This document shows positions 20,361-33,367 of a stretch of DNA of 55,598 bases, piece by piece; positions within the stretch are counted from its first letter, which is position 1; each line of letters opens with the position of its first letter. This DNA is from Alphaproteobacteria bacterium (GTDB taxonomy: Bacteria > Pseudomonadota > Alphaproteobacteria > Rs-D84 > CACZYB01): the NCBI GenBank assembly GCA_009785175.1, contig WQWV01000003.1:1-55598 (forward strand), given 5' to 3'. Position numbers and translations under genes: made by a program. The notes under the pieces are model-generated. The model made no database searches. It was not told the DNA's origin and saw nothing but the letters and a program-made list of their open reading frames with translations.

Positions 20361-20386
20361 ATCCCCGGTTCGTCGGGGATTTTTTT
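20361..20386 (+). terminator. Intrinsic terminator
   Basis: ATCCCCGG-TTCG-TCGGGGAT followed by a T run. Confidence 0.85.
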
Positions 20387-20439
20387 GCTTTGCGTCCGAG
20401 CAGATTTTATGCTATAATTCCATTCGGAAGAGAGGTAGT

Positions 20440-20988
20440 ATGAAGTTCAAACTCATTTATTCCGGAGAGCTGAAAATCAATCCCAAGAAACGCTCGAAGC
20501 ATATCAATGAAATCCGAAAAGTATTATCGCCACAACTAAAACGCCTAACTGAAATCACCCCTTATTCAATCATCAAAGAAAAGCTTATGAAGAACGAGCG
20601 CGGCGTGCGCTGTATCGGCGGGGTCAAATACTTTCCCATCATTACGCCGGAATTGAATTTGCTTGCGGAGCTTGACATACAAATCCTGCATCCGGAACTT
20701 TTGGAAACGCCGCGCGCGGATATAGACAATCGGCTGAAGACATTGATGGACGCGCTCAAGAGGCCGCAGTCGTCGCACGAGGTTTGCGACGATAACAAAG
20801 GCAAGATGATGTATACGCTTCTTGACGACGACCACATGGTCAAGGGGTTGTCGATCAACACCACACACCTTCTGTCCTCGGATTACAAGGACGGGACGCA
20901 CCCGGACGATTACAAATTGCTTGTGATAATAACTGTTGCAATCAAGGCTTCGAAGGGGACGCCGGATAATTTGGCTGTGATTGTTTAA
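20440..20988 (+). CDS. Conserved hypothetical protein with a RusA-like motif
   Basis: DIDNRLKTLMDAL and DDD resemble the RusA DxDNxxK...D...DD acidic catalytic pattern. Confidence 0.6.
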   Translation: MKFKLIYSGELKINPKKRSKHINEIRKVLSPQLKRLTEITPYSIIKEKLMKNERGVRCIGGVKYFPIITPELNLLAELDIQILHPELLETPRADIDNRLKTLMDALKRPQSSHEVCDDNKGKMMYTLLDDDHMVKGLSINTTHLLSSDYKDGTHPDDYKLLVIITVAIKASKGTPDNLAVIV

Positions 20989-21090
20989 CGCCTCGTGATT
21001 TCGTGCGCTGGCGTCGTCATCTGCGGGCAGTCCAAATCCTCATGGAGGCAAGAAGTCCATTGCGGTTTGTCCTCCCTTGCTTCCTAGCCA

Positions 21091-21633
21091 TCATCGCGAA
21101 CTGACGAGGCTTGACAAGCTCGTTTTAGATATGTTGATTAGGGCGGAGATTTTATCCCAGAGCTCGGCCTGCTCCCAATCTTTGACATACCGTTTGAAAT
21201 CGAGCGTTTTCAGCGTTTCAAAATTCACCCATTCGGCGCGGCTGCAATACTTTTTTTCGTCCTCGGTCGGAGTGGCGCAATCGCGCGAGCCGCCAAGAAT
21301 CTCGACCGAGTATACAAGCGATACCTGGTGAAAATGTTTGCTGTTCTTATGGCTTGTGAAAGATGTGGTGTAGGCGCCCATGATTTCGCCGGGTTTGACA
21401 TCGTATCCCGTTTCCTCTTTGAATTCGCGTATCAGCGCGTCGAGATGATCCTCGCCGACCTTCATTCCGCCGCCAGGAAAATCATAGCCGCCGAACATAG
21501 GAAGGATCAGAATCTTGCCGTCGCGAATCGCTATGCCGATTATGGCGTCGAGTTTTTTTTCAAGCTTGTCGAGTTCGATTTCGATTAACGATCCATCAAT
21601 CTGGCGCGATAAGATCTTTTTGCTGTCGGTCAT
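21091..21633 (-). CDS. NUDIX hydrolase
   Basis: Nudix box PGGGMKVGEDHLDALIREFKEETG. Confidence 0.9.
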   Translation of the reverse strand: MTDSKKILSRQIDGSLIEIELDKLEKKLDAIIGIAIRDGKILILPMFGGYDFPGGGMKVGEDHLDALIREFKEETGYDVKPGEIMGAYTTSFTSHKNSKHFHQVSLVYSVEILGGSRDCATPTEDEKKYCSRAEWVNFETLKTLDFKRYVKDWEQAELWDKISALINISKTSLSSLVSSR

Positions 21634-24600
21634 ATCCTTACCTCGATTCCGTTTATTTGGGAGAACAGAGAGAGAGTAGCGGTGGTCAACGCGTATTTTA
21701 GGGGCAGTGCCACCACGGCCTCTTTGCCCCCCTGTTGCACGATTAAATTTACCGCGGTCGAACCGGAGGGGAGCGAGGCGATGACTTTGCTTATCGCGCC
21801 GATCGAATCCTTGTTCGCGACGACGATATTTATCTCGCCGGCAAGGGGTTTGTCGACGCGAACGGGCTCGACGCTGGCGGTGAAAAAGCTCATGCCCCTA
21901 TCGCCGTTTTTCGCGTCGCAGAAGACCGCAACCACGCCGCCGGGTGTCAAAGATTCCTTGTCGATCATGCCGTATGTGCGTTCGGATAAAAAGAGCGAGG
22001 TCGAGCCGGATTTGTCGGAGAGGTTGAGGTTGTAATACTTCTTGCCCATCTTGGAAGTTTTGGGGATCACCTTGTCGAGTTGACCCACGACGGTAATCTT
22101 GCCGTCGGATTTTATATCCTTCATGTCGGCGATCGGCGTGGCGCGCATCATTTTCAATATATGCTCGTATGCGTCCATCGGGTGAGCGGAGAGATAGAAT
22201 CCAACGACCTCGACTTCGCGCTCGAGCAATTCCTTCGGCGTGAACGGCACCGCGTCGGCAAGCTTGATATCATCGCGGGATTCGATTTCGTCGGTCGCGA
22301 AAAGCGAGATCTGGTTCGCCTCTTTGTCCCTTGCTATCGCGCCCATTTGGGCAAGAATATAATCAACGTTCGCTATCATCTTAGCGCGGTTGGGCTCGAG
22401 GCTGTCGAACGCGCCGGCGGACGATAAACTTTCCAACATCTTGCGGTTGACAAGTGTGCGGTCGACGCGGCCTATGAAATCGGCGATCGAAGCGAAGGGG
22501 CCGTTCGCGTCCCGCTCGGCAACTATGCCGTTGACAACTCCTATGCCCACGCTTTTGCAACCGGCAAGGGCGAATCGCACCGCGCCGTTTTCGACCGAGA
22601 ATTCGGAAAACGATTTGTTTATATCGGGCGGAAGAACCGTCAGGCCGTTCTTGCGGCAATTATCCACGAACATGGAAATCTTGTCCGTATCGCCCATGTC
22701 GTAGGTCATGCTTGCCGCCATGAACTCGGCGCGGTAATGCGCCTTGAGATACGCCGTCTGATATGAAATCCAGCCATAGCACGCCGCGTGCGCCTTGTTG
22801 AATCCATAGTTCGCGAATTTCACCATCAAGTCGAAAATCGCGTTCGACGTGCGATCGTCTATTTTCGAGGTTTCGCTGCAGCCCTTAACGAAGACCGCGC
22901 GCTGCTTGTCCATTTCCTCTTTGATTTTTTTACCCATGGCGCGGCGCAAAAGGTCGGCTGAGCCAAGCGAATAGCCCGCAAGTTGGCGACCCATTTCCAT
23001 CACCTGCTCCTGATAGACCATGATGCCATAGGTTTCGCGCAATATCGGTTCCATCATCGGGTGAAGATAGTCGATCGCCTCGCCGCGTTTGTGGCGGCAA
23101 TAAAGCGGAATGTTGTCCATCGGCCCCGGGCGATAAAGAGCGACAAGCGCGAACAGGTCCTCGAGCCGTGTCGGCTGCATATCGCGGATCGTGCCGACCA
23201 TGCCGCCGGATTCAAGCTGGAACACAGCGGGGGTGTCGCAGGCGCGAATCATCTTGAACGTCGCCTCGTCATCAACGGGGATACGTTCGATATCTATTTT
23301 CACACCGTGGTTTTTATGGGCGAAGTTTACAGCCTTCTTGATGATCGAAAGAGTTTTCAAGCCAAGGAAGTCGTATTTCACAAGGCCCGTGTCCTCGATG
23401 TATTTCATATTATACGCGGATGCGGGAATGTCCGACTTCTCGTCTTTGTAAAGCGGTGTCAATTCGGTCAGCGGCCGATCGCCGATAACCACTCCTGCGG
23501 CATGCAGGCCGGCGTGGCGATACAGGCCCTCGAGCGGAATCGCTATGTTGATAAGCGCGCGGTATTGGTCGTCGGATTCGACAAGCTCCTTGAAATCGCG
23601 TTCGTATTTCAAAAGATTCGGAATCGTGTTCGGAATGTCCTCGCCTTGAAAATTATTAAGCTTGAACGGAATCAGTTTCGCAAGGTCGTCGCATTTGCCA
23701 TAGGGCATGTGGAGCACGCGGCCCACGTCCTTTATCACCGCCTTGGGCTGAAGCTTTCCGAACGTGATGATTTGACCCACCGCGTCGGTGCCGTATTTTT
23801 GCTGGACATAGCGGATCACCTCGTCGCGGCGGTCTTGGCAAAAATCGATATCGAAGTCGGGCATGGACACTCGCTCGGGGTTTAGGAACCGCTCGAAGAG
23901 AAGGCCGAAGCGAATCGGATCAAGGTTGGTGATCCCAAGCGCCCAGGCGACGATCGATCCTGCGCCGGAACCGCGGCCCGGACCCACGGGAATATCGTTC
24001 TTCTTCGCCCAGCCGATAAAGTCCGCGACTATTAAAAAGTAGCCCGAAAAGCCCATCTGTGTAATGACGCCAAGCTCGTAGCTCATGCGGTCTAGGTATT
24101 CCTTGCGCGTAGTTTCGTCGGTTATGTTTTCCTCGGCGAATCGCTGCTGTAATCCGGCGCGGGAATTTAGCATGATCAAATCGTTCTCGTCCATGTCCCG
24201 GCTGACGTGCGGCATAAGCGGTTTCGACTTCTTGATTTTGAACGAGCAGCGGCGCGCGATCTGGAGCGTGTTCGCGACGGCTTCGGGAAGGTCGGCGAAA
24301 AGCTCGGCCATCTGGGTCGGAGTTTTGAAGTAATGCTCGGCGGTTTCGCTGCGCCTATCGGGGTCGTTGAAGTGTTTGCCGGCTATTATACAAAGAAGAA
24401 TGTCGTGCGCCGTGTGCATATCGCGCGTGTCGAAAAAGCATTCGTTCGTGGCGACAAGCGGTATGTTATGTTTGTATGCAAGCTCGATGAAAAACGGCTC
24501 GGTCTTGTTTTCGGCGTGAAGGTTGTGGCGCTGGAGCTCGATATAAAAATTGTTTGCGAAGGCGGTATTGATTTTAAGCGCGATTTTCTCGGCGGCCTCG

Positions 24601-25046
24601 AATTTTTCCTCGGCGGCCAGGATTCCTATCGCCCCCTTGATGCCGCCCGAAAGAGCGATTAGGCCGTCCGCGTTTTCGGCGATGTAATCGAACGGAGCGT
24701 TCAGGGGCGTGCCGGGAATCTTGCCCGTATTGGCAAGCGATGAGATCTTCAGGAGATTTTTATAGCCCGTTTCGTTTTTTACCAGAAGCACCAGTTGTGA
24801 TAGCGGCAGGGTATCGCCGAAGTTCACGTCAAGCTGGATGCCGACTATCGGCTGAACCCCGGCGGCGTATACATACTGGCAGAATTCGGGCACGCCGAAC
24901 ATGTTGTTCGTATCCGTGATCGCAACCGCCGGCATTTCAAGCTCGACGCATTTGGCGGCAAGGTTCGGGATGCGAAGCGCCCCCTCGGCCAGGGAATAGG
25001 CCGTATGGTTTCGAAGGTGAACGAAGCGGGGCGTCGTGTCCACCAT
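21630..25046 (-). CDS. dnaE: DNA polymerase III alpha subunit
   Basis: FVHLRNHTAYSL, GPGRGSGAGS, FERFLNPERVSMPDFDIDF, YGFNKAH. Confidence 0.99.
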   Translation of the reverse strand: MVDTTPRFVHLRNHTAYSLAEGALRIPNLAAKCVELEMPAVAITDTNNMFGVPEFCQYVYAAGVQPIVGIQLDVNFGDTLPLSQLVLLVKNETGYKNLLKISSLANTGKIPGTPLNAPFDYIAENADGLIALSGGIKGAIGILAAEEKFEAAEKIALKINTAFANNFYIELQRHNLHAENKTEPFFIELAYKHNIPLVATNECFFDTRDMHTAHDILLCIIAGKHFNDPDRRSETAEHYFKTPTQMAELFADLPEAVANTLQIARRCSFKIKKSKPLMPHVSRDMDENDLIMLNSRAGLQQRFAEENITDETTRKEYLDRMSYELGVITQMGFSGYFLIVADFIGWAKKNDIPVGPGRGSGAGSIVAWALGITNLDPIRFGLLFERFLNPERVSMPDFDIDFCQDRRDEVIRYVQQKYGTDAVGQIITFGKLQPKAVIKDVGRVLHMPYGKCDDLAKLIPFKLNNFQGEDIPNTIPNLLKYERDFKELVESDDQYRALINIAIPLEGLYRHAGLHAAGVVIGDRPLTELTPLYKDEKSDIPASAYNMKYIEDTGLVKYDFLGLKTLSIIKKAVNFAHKNHGVKIDIERIPVDDEATFKMIRACDTPAVFQLESGGMVGTIRDMQPTRLEDLFALVALYRPGPMDNIPLYCRHKRGEAIDYLHPMMEPILRETYGIMVYQEQVMEMGRQLAGYSLGSADLLRRAMGKKIKEEMDKQRAVFVKGCSETSKIDDRTSNAIFDLMVKFANYGFNKAHAACYGWISYQTAYLKAHYRAEFMAASMTYDMGDTDKISMFVDNCRKNGLTVLPPDINKSFSEFSVENGAVRFALAGCKSVGIGVVNGIVAERDANGPFASIADFIGRVDRTLVNRKMLESLSSAGAFDSLEPNRAKMIANVDYILAQMGAIARDKEANQISLFATDEIESRDDIKLADAVPFTPKELLEREVEVVGFYLSAHPMDAYEHILKMMRATPIADMKDIKSDGKITVVGQLDKVIPKTSKMGKKYYNLNLSDKSGSTSLFLSERTYGMIDKESLTPGGVVAVFCDAKNGDRGMSFFTASVEPVRVDKPLAGEINIVVANKDSIGAISKVIASLPSGSTAVNLIVQQGGKEAVVALPLKYALTTATLSLFSQINGIEVRI

Positions 25047-25054
25047 GCGCGCAC

Positions 25055-27760
<2,706 letters not shown>

Positions 27761-27975
27761 TATTCTCTTCCTTGTTTTTTTCTTTTTATCCTACTATAAT
27801 ATAGTGATTGAATTCAAGGAAATAAAGTGCAACTTGTGAAATCGGGCGCCTACTCGGTTTTCAAGCAAAATAAAACGCTCGTAGCGCTAAGTACGCTTGC
27901 CTTTTATTTTACTTTCCAAACCTTCGTAATCACCTTGATTTGACAAGTTGTGTGTTTTTCCCTATAAGTAATGGA

Positions 27976-28437
27976 ATGAACGATGAGAAATATATGAAAA
28001 TGGCTTTGCGCGAGGCGGCGAAGGCGGCGGCGGCGGGTGAAATTCCGGTCGGGTGTGTGATCGTTTCGGCCTCTGGCGAGGTTTTGGCTCGGGCTCATAA
28101 TCAGGTCGAAAAGCGGGCAAATTCAACGCTTCATGCCGAGATGGTGGCGATGGGGCGCGCGATGAAAAAGGTGGGTGAAAAATACCTTATGGGTTCGACG
28201 ATTTACATTACGCTCGAGCCTTGTCCCATGTGCACTGCCGCGATTTCGTGGGCGAAAGTAGGGCGCATAGTTTATGGCGCCAAAGAAGACAAGAACGGCG
28301 GGCTGTTCGTGTTGGAACACGCGCGTCATTTTTTCAAGCCGAAGGTTGTGGGGGGAATTTGCGCGGAGGAATCTTCTGAGATGTTGAAGGAATTTTTCAA
28401 ATCTATACGGGGTAAGAATTCGTCATTCCGGGCTTGA
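27976..28437 (+). CDS. tadA: tRNA adenosine deaminase
   Basis: GEIPVG, HAE, TLEPCPMC. Confidence 0.9.
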   Translation: MNDEKYMKMALREAAKAAAAGEIPVGCVIVSASGEVLARAHNQVEKRANSTLHAEMVAMGRAMKKVGEKYLMGSTIYITLEPCPMCTAAISWAKVGRIVYGAKEDKNGGLFVLEHARHFFKPKVVGGICAEESSEMLKEFFKSIRGKNSSFRA

Positions 28438-28483
28438 CCCGGAATCCATACTTACTGGATACCGGCTCGAAGGCCGGTATGAC
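28422..28483. repeat. REP-like inverted dimer overlapping the tadA stop
   Basis: GTCATTCCGGGCTTGACCCGGAATCCA...TGGATACCGGCTCGAAGGCCGGTATGAC. Confidence 0.88.
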
Positions 28484-28489
28484 GGGGGA

Positions 28490-29182
28490 TTATACGAGTG
28501 TGCGGCGGATAAACGGCATATCCTTCTTGTGATTCGAATACACCCGTTCGCGCAGGAAAAATTCGAGGATTTTTAGGGCGTCGTTCAGGTCTTCGTCGGT
28601 CGGATTCGCGGGCGGCGTTTCACTCCAGATCGCGGGGATTTTGAAAAGCCGGTCTTTGTAAATCTCGCCGGCGGCCGCGCATACCGCGTGTCCTGTTTTC
28701 GGCGAGATATAAGCCAGATTTTCCGTGCAACCTGTGGCATTGCATTTGGTCAAATCCATCTTGAATCCAAGCTCGTCCAACAATTCCCGCTCCCATATAA
28801 TATAATTTTCGAGCGTGGGATTCAAAAGCAATATATTGGTGTTTTCATATAGTTTCCAATGGGGTTCGGATTCCGGGAGCGCGTCCGTCAAGACCGCAAG
28901 CGCGCAGGCAAGCGCGGTCGATTTTTTTATGTCGGTCAGAATCTCGGTCGCGACCTGTTTTTTAAGTTCCAAATCGAAGAAGCCCATCTGGCCCTCGGTG
29001 CGGGCGGTGAAACGAACCGCGACCTGGTTCCCGGTTTGTAGGGTTGCGAGTTTTTTCCTACTTTGACCTCCTTTGACAAGCGAAGTAATAAGTCCGTGCG
29101 AGGCTGTCAAAACACCAACCGTCGCGTCGGTCTCGCCGAATTTTTTCACGCCCAATACTATGCCGGAATCTTCCCACTTCAT
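28490..29182 (-). CDS. recO: DNA repair protein RecO
   Basis: [17 protein letters not shown]...[16 protein letters not shown]...[10 protein letters not shown]. Confidence 0.93.
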   Translation of the reverse strand: MKWEDSGIVLGVKKFGETDATVGVLTASHGLITSLVKGGQSRKKLATLQTGNQVAVRFTARTEGQMGFFDLELKKQVATEILTDIKKSTALACALAVLTDALPESEPHWKLYENTNILLLNPTLENYIIWERELLDELGFKMDLTKCNATGCTENLAYISPKTGHAVCAAAGEIYKDRLFKIPAIWSETPPANPTDEDLNDALKILEFFLRERVYSNHKKDMPFIRRTLV

Positions 29183-29246
29183 TTTAGCTTTACTTTCACC
29201 CGATTTAATTATATTCTCTCCCTTCGGGATTACAAGGAGAATTACC

Positions 29247-31469
29247 GTGGCGGAAAACATCAAACCACTGCAGCTTAAAGACGCTATATCCGAACGCTAT
29301 CTTTCGTATGCCATGTCGACCATAACCGCGCGGGCGCTGCCCGATGTGCGCGACGGGTTGAAGCCTGTGCACCGTCGTATTTTATATACCATGCGGCAGT
29401 TGCATTTGGATCCGGCTAAGGGCTTCAAAAAATCAGCCCGAGTCGTGGGCGACGTCATGGGTAAATACCACCCGCACGGCGATGCGTCCATCTATGACGC
29501 TATGGTGCGTTTGGCGCAGAGCTTTTCGGTTCGCTATCCGCTTGTCGAGGGGCAGGGGAACTTTGGAAACATAGACGGGGATTCCGCCGCCGCGATGCGA
29601 TACACCGAGGCCAAGATGACGCCGGCGGCCATGGGGATCCTTGCTGGTCTTGACGACGACGCGGTCGATTTTATCGCCAACTATTCCGGCGAGGATTCGG
29701 AGCCTGTGGTCATGCCCGGAGCTTTCCCGAACCTGCTTGCGAACGGCACGAACGGTATTGCCGTCGGAATGGCGACCAACATTCCGCCTCATAATATATT
29801 AGAAGTGTTGGACGCGACGGCGGCGCAGATTGCAAATCCTGCTATCACTGTTTCCGAGCTTGTGAACCATGTGCGCGCTCCCGACTTTCCCACAGGCGGA
29901 ATTATCGCAAATACGCGCGAGGAGATCGAGGAGATCTATGCTTCTGGCCGCGGCTCGTTCACTGTGTTTGCGCGTTGGGAGCGCGAGGATTTGGCCTATT
30001 CCAACTATCAAATCATTATCACAGAAATTCCATATCAGGTTCAAAAATCCCGCCTTATCGAGCGAATCGCCGAGCTTATGGGCGAGGGGAAGTTGCCCCT
30101 TGTCGGCGACGTCCGGGACGAATCGGCCGAGGATATTCGCGTTGTGATCGAGCCCAAGAACCGCACAGTCGAGGCGGACGCGGTGATGGCGCAGCTTTAT
30201 GCCAATACCGAGCTTGCAACACGTTTCGCGCTTAACATGAACGTGCTTGACTCGAAGGGCGTGCCGCGGGTCATGAACTTGCGCGAAGTCATCGCCGAAT
30301 ACATCGCGCATCAGGTCGAGGTTGTGCGGCGTCGCGCTTCGTTCGCGCTTGGCAATATCGAGCGGCGTTTGGAAATCCTTGGCGGTTTGCTTATCGCATA
30401 TCTGAACATAGACAAGGTAATCAAAATTATCCGCGACAACGACGAGCCGAAGCCCATCTTGATGGCGAAATTCGGTTTGACCGAAATCCAGGCGGAATCC
30501 ATTCTTAATATGCGTTTGCGTCAGTTGCGAAAACTCGAGGAGATGGAAATAAGGGCCGAGGAGGCGAAGCTTTCCAAAGAACGGTCGCGGTTGCAAAATT
30601 TGTTGAAATCCGACCGAGCGAAGTTGAAACAGGTCGGCGACGAAGTGTCCTCGATGCGTTCGCTTTTCGCCAAGGACAAAGCGCTTAGCGAGCGACGCAC
30701 AGAGATGGACGAATCGTTTGCCGAGATGGCCAGCGTGCCCTCAGAAGCCCTTGTGCCGCGCGAACCGATCACAGTCGTAATCTCGCAGATGGGCTGGATC
30801 AAAGCTTTGAAAACACACGTCGACGTGGCCGGGCCGTTCGCGTTCAAGGAGGGCGACTCGCTTGCTTACGCCTTCCATGCGTTCACAAACGACAAGATAA
30901 TATTCATGACCGACAAGGGGCAATCGTTCGCAATCGACGCGCACAAATTACCCACAGGCCGCGGGCATGGCGACGTGATACGAATCCTTGTCAATATCGA
31001 CGCTTCGTCCGACCTGGTTCGCGTGCTTGTCGCCGGGGACGAGGACGTGCTTGTCGTGTCGAACGCCGGCTATGGTTTCGTCGTGGCCGCGTCCGACTTG
31101 GTCGCCACCACAAAGCTTGGAAAGCAAATAATGAACCTTGCGGACGGGGATAAATTCGCCGACGCGGTCGTGGTGCCCCAGGGCGCGAACATGCTTGCCA
31201 TCATCGGAACGAACCGCCGCCTGCTTGCCTATCCTTTGTCCGAGATTCCGAAAATGACGCGCGGCAAAGGCGTGATTTTGCAGAAATACAAAGAGCGCGG
31301 AGTCCACTATTCCGACGCCGTAGCATTCGCAAAGCGCGAGGGAATTTCGTTCGCAAACGGCGCTAAGAATTACGTCGTGCAGGATATTTCCATGTGGCTT
31401 GGCAAGCGTGCGGACGTTGGGCACATGCCGCCGAACGGGTTTTCCAAATCGAATAAATTCGTGGCTTAG
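29247..31469 (+). CDS. parC: DNA topoisomerase IV subunit A
   Basis: [42 protein letters not shown]; about 740 aa, no GyrA box seen; GTG start with SD AAGGAG. Confidence 0.93.
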   Translation: MAENIKPLQLKDAISERYLSYAMSTITARALPDVRDGLKPVHRRILYTMRQLHLDPAKGFKKSARVVGDVMGKYHPHGDASIYDAMVRLAQSFSVRYPLVEGQGNFGNIDGDSAAAMRYTEAKMTPAAMGILAGLDDDAVDFIANYSGEDSEPVVMPGAFPNLLANGTNGIAVGMATNIPPHNILEVLDATAAQIANPAITVSELVNHVRAPDFPTGGIIANTREEIEEIYASGRGSFTVFARWEREDLAYSNYQIIITEIPYQVQKSRLIERIAELMGEGKLPLVGDVRDESAEDIRVVIEPKNRTVEADAVMAQLYANTELATRFALNMNVLDSKGVPRVMNLREVIAEYIAHQVEVVRRRASFALGNIERRLEILGGLLIAYLNIDKVIKIIRDNDEPKPILMAKFGLTEIQAESILNMRLRQLRKLEEMEIRAEEAKLSKERSRLQNLLKSDRAKLKQVGDEVSSMRSLFAKDKALSERRTEMDESFAEMASVPSEALVPREPITVVISQMGWIKALKTHVDVAGPFAFKEGDSLAYAFHAFTNDKIIFMTDKGQSFAIDAHKLPTGRGHGDVIRILVNIDASSDLVRVLVAGDEDVLVVSNAGYGFVVAASDLVATTKLGKQIMNLADGDKFADAVVVPQGANMLAIIGTNRRLLAYPLSEIPKMTRGKGVILQKYKERGVHYSDAVAFAKREGISFANGAKNYVVQDISMWLGKRADVGHMPPNGFSKSNKFVA

Positions 31470-31624
31470 TAAAGAGCGAAGCCACCAACGCCGGCAGGGA
31501 GGAAGCGGTCTCTTGGAGCGCGCACGCGCAATAGAGCCCGCGAACTAGGTTTTATTTTCCTTTCTATAGCGTCCCCTGTTTCGGCAGGGGATTTTCTTTG
31601 TGAATATTGCGTTTTACCATATTA

Positions 31625-31680
31625 ATATGCTAATACGCTAGCGTGATAACATGATAGCGTGATATCATGATAGCGTGATG
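31625..31680. repeat. Degenerate 8-bp tandem repeat x7
   Basis: ATATGCTA ATACGCTA GCGTGATA ACATGATA GCGTGATA TCATGATA GCGTGATG. Confidence 0.75.
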
Positions 31681-31825
31681 AAATTTGAAGGGCTCGGGCG
31701 CAGCTTCCCCCTTCCCCACCCGCCAATCTCCATTCTTCGCTAAAGTTTCGAAGGACAGGGGGCGTGGGGGCGCGGCGGTCATGCGCGCAGCTCGCAAGCT
31801 CGCTGAAGGCTTCTATATACTTCAC

Positions 31826-31854
31826 TGGATTACCCGGTCGAGTCGGGTAATGAC
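31826..31854. repeat. REP-like repeat (solo variant)
   Basis: TGGATTACCCGGTCGAGTCGGGTAATGAC. Confidence 0.75.
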
Positions 31855-31871
31855 AGGGGGGGGAGAGCGAC

Positions 31872-32564
31872 TTAATTACGCGAGGTGTCGGACTTTATGC
31901 TATGCAAAAGCGCGGCTTGCTTTTCGCGCAACCGAAACTTGTTGTTTTTGATATCGTCCACTATGGCAACGGCGCCGCCCAGTGTTTTCGAATAGGTGCT
32001 ATGGATTTCGTGCTTATGCCTGATCTGGATATTATACCCGCCTTTGGGATAGGGGCAGATGTTTTTAAGGCGTGGTTTTTTCCGCTTGTTGCGCGATGGT
32101 TTCGATGACAGCGTGCGGTTTATGCGGGCAAGTTCCAAGATCAGCGGCGCGCGCAAATTTTTCATCTGTTCGCGGCGTTGGCAGTCGATACATTTTTCCG
32201 TTTTTTTATCAAGAAAAGATTGGGCTTCCTTAGGATAAATTTTGCCGCATTTTTTGCAAAGGAAAAGCCATTCGGTGTGGGACGCGACAACCGGATCGCG
32301 ATCGTTTTCATCAAGTTTGCAAAGAGCTACGAGGCTGCCTTGTTCAATGCCGGATCGCATTCTTGCCTCGGCTTGTTCCGCTCTTTCGTTATTATAACAA
32401 TCAAGGCACTGTGTAGTATTGCGTGCGACGACTTTGTAGGCGTTGACCTTATACGGCGGTTTGTTGCATTTCGTGCAATGGGCAAGCCAATAGGTGCCCC
32501 CTATTTTTTTTATAAACCTAATATGACCCTGGATAAGTCCGGGATATATTTTGTATTGCTTCAT
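31872..32564 (-). CDS. Phage-like protein with two Cys4 repeats and a C-terminal AP2-like domain
   Basis: WLAHCTKCNK...TTQCLDC and WLFLCKKCGK...TEKCIDC, then KNICPYPKGGYNIQIRHKHE...KTLGGAVA; promoter TTGACA-17-TATCAT on the minus strand. Confidence 0.6.
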   Translation of the reverse strand: MKQYKIYPGLIQGHIRFIKKIGGTYWLAHCTKCNKPPYKVNAYKVVARNTTQCLDCYNNERAEQAEARMRSGIEQGSLVALCKLDENDRDPVVASHTEWLFLCKKCGKIYPKEAQSFLDKKTEKCIDCQRREQMKNLRAPLILELARINRTLSSKPSRNKRKKPRLKNICPYPKGGYNIQIRHKHEIHSTYSKTLGGAVAIVDDIKNNKFRLREKQAALLHSIKSDTSRN

Positions 32565-32620
32565 ATTCCTATGATATGACGATTAGATATTTTTGTCAAT
32601 GTTTATTCGGCAAGGACTTT

Positions 32621-32643
32621 TGGCGGAGCGGGTGGGGTTCGAA
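32621..32643 (-). other. tRNA 3'-end fragment (Ser-like), not a complete tRNA
   Basis: Minus strand reads TTCGAACCCCACCCGCTCCGCCA (T-loop to CCA); the 5' T-stem strand and the rest of the tRNA are absent. Confidence 0.65.
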
Positions 32644-32665
32644 GAGCGCGCAGCGAACAAAATAC

Positions 32666-32692
32666 TTGACAAGTCGTGGGGGGGGGTAAACT
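32666..32692 (+). promoter_or_regulatory. Promoter with G9 tract in spacer
   Basis: TTGACA-AGTCGT-G9-TAAACT; spacer 15 bp. Confidence 0.65.
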
Positions 32693-32723
32693 TGAATTGT
32701 CAAACAAACAAAGGAGAAAAAAC

Positions 32724-33365
32724 ATGGGATTTGAAAACATAGTTAAGAACAATATAACGATGGATTATATTTTGAATAATTCCGACGAGGTTTTGGATAT
32801 AATGCTTAGACCTCAATATAACATATTGATGCGAGGACTTCAGGGTAAGGACAAATATGAAGTGCAGGAAGCTAAAGAGCGAATAAGCGAGATGGATAAA
32901 AAAGACGCCGCCATATTCATGGCCTATGCCAATATGCACAAACTGTTTGGAACGCATGACAGCTTTAATGAAGTATTAAGCCGACACTATGAAACCAAAT
33001 ATAAAAAAGACTCCTATTATAAAAATTCAAAAACGACATTCGAAGATTTCTTGGCCGTGCCCGATAATAAAAAAATGGTCCTGGACATACTTGGCAAACA
33101 CGTCGGGGAAATCAATATCATTTCTTTGGATTACAAAAATTATAGCAATGAAGGTCGCAGCGGATATTCTCAGGCGAGCATAGACGCTACTTTGGATGCA
33201 TATAAATCATTTCCAACCGCAAAGTCCATGGACGTTGCACAGAAGCTTTCGATAATGAAAGTGGAACAGCCGGATATGTTCAAACAGCTGGAGCAAGAAG
33301 TTGCGAAAGGACTTTCGGCGAAAGATGTGGCCAAAATCAAGGCAGGCGATAGCAGCAGAGGCTAA
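32724..33365 (+). CDS. Hypothetical protein (AT-rich)
   Basis: SD AAGGAG; 213 aa; no recognisable motif. Confidence 0.75.
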   Translation: MGFENIVKNNITMDYILNNSDEVLDIMLRPQYNILMRGLQGKDKYEVQEAKERISEMDKKDAAIFMAYANMHKLFGTHDSFNEVLSRHYETKYKKDSYYKNSKTTFEDFLAVPDNKKMVLDILGKHVGEINIISLDYKNYSNEGRSGYSQASIDATLDAYKSFPTAKSMDVAQKLSIMKVEQPDMFKQLEQEVAKGLSAKDVAKIKAGDSSRG

Positions 33366-33367
33366 GT

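Noticed and set aside
29073-31469. gyrA, and the longer 798-aa start
   Set aside because: Short C-terminal domain without an evident GyrA box fits ParC; the longer start overlaps recO, whereas GTG 29247 has an SD.
31625-31680. CRISPR array
   Set aside because: Units are 8/16 bp with no spacers; no cas genes in the window.
31856-31863. G tract after a REP solo
   Set aside because: No TTGACA upstream and not in a coding frame; not counted among the switch promoters.
32621-32710. Complete tRNA gene
   Set aside because: Only the 3' 23 nt are tRNA-like; no D or anticodon arms.
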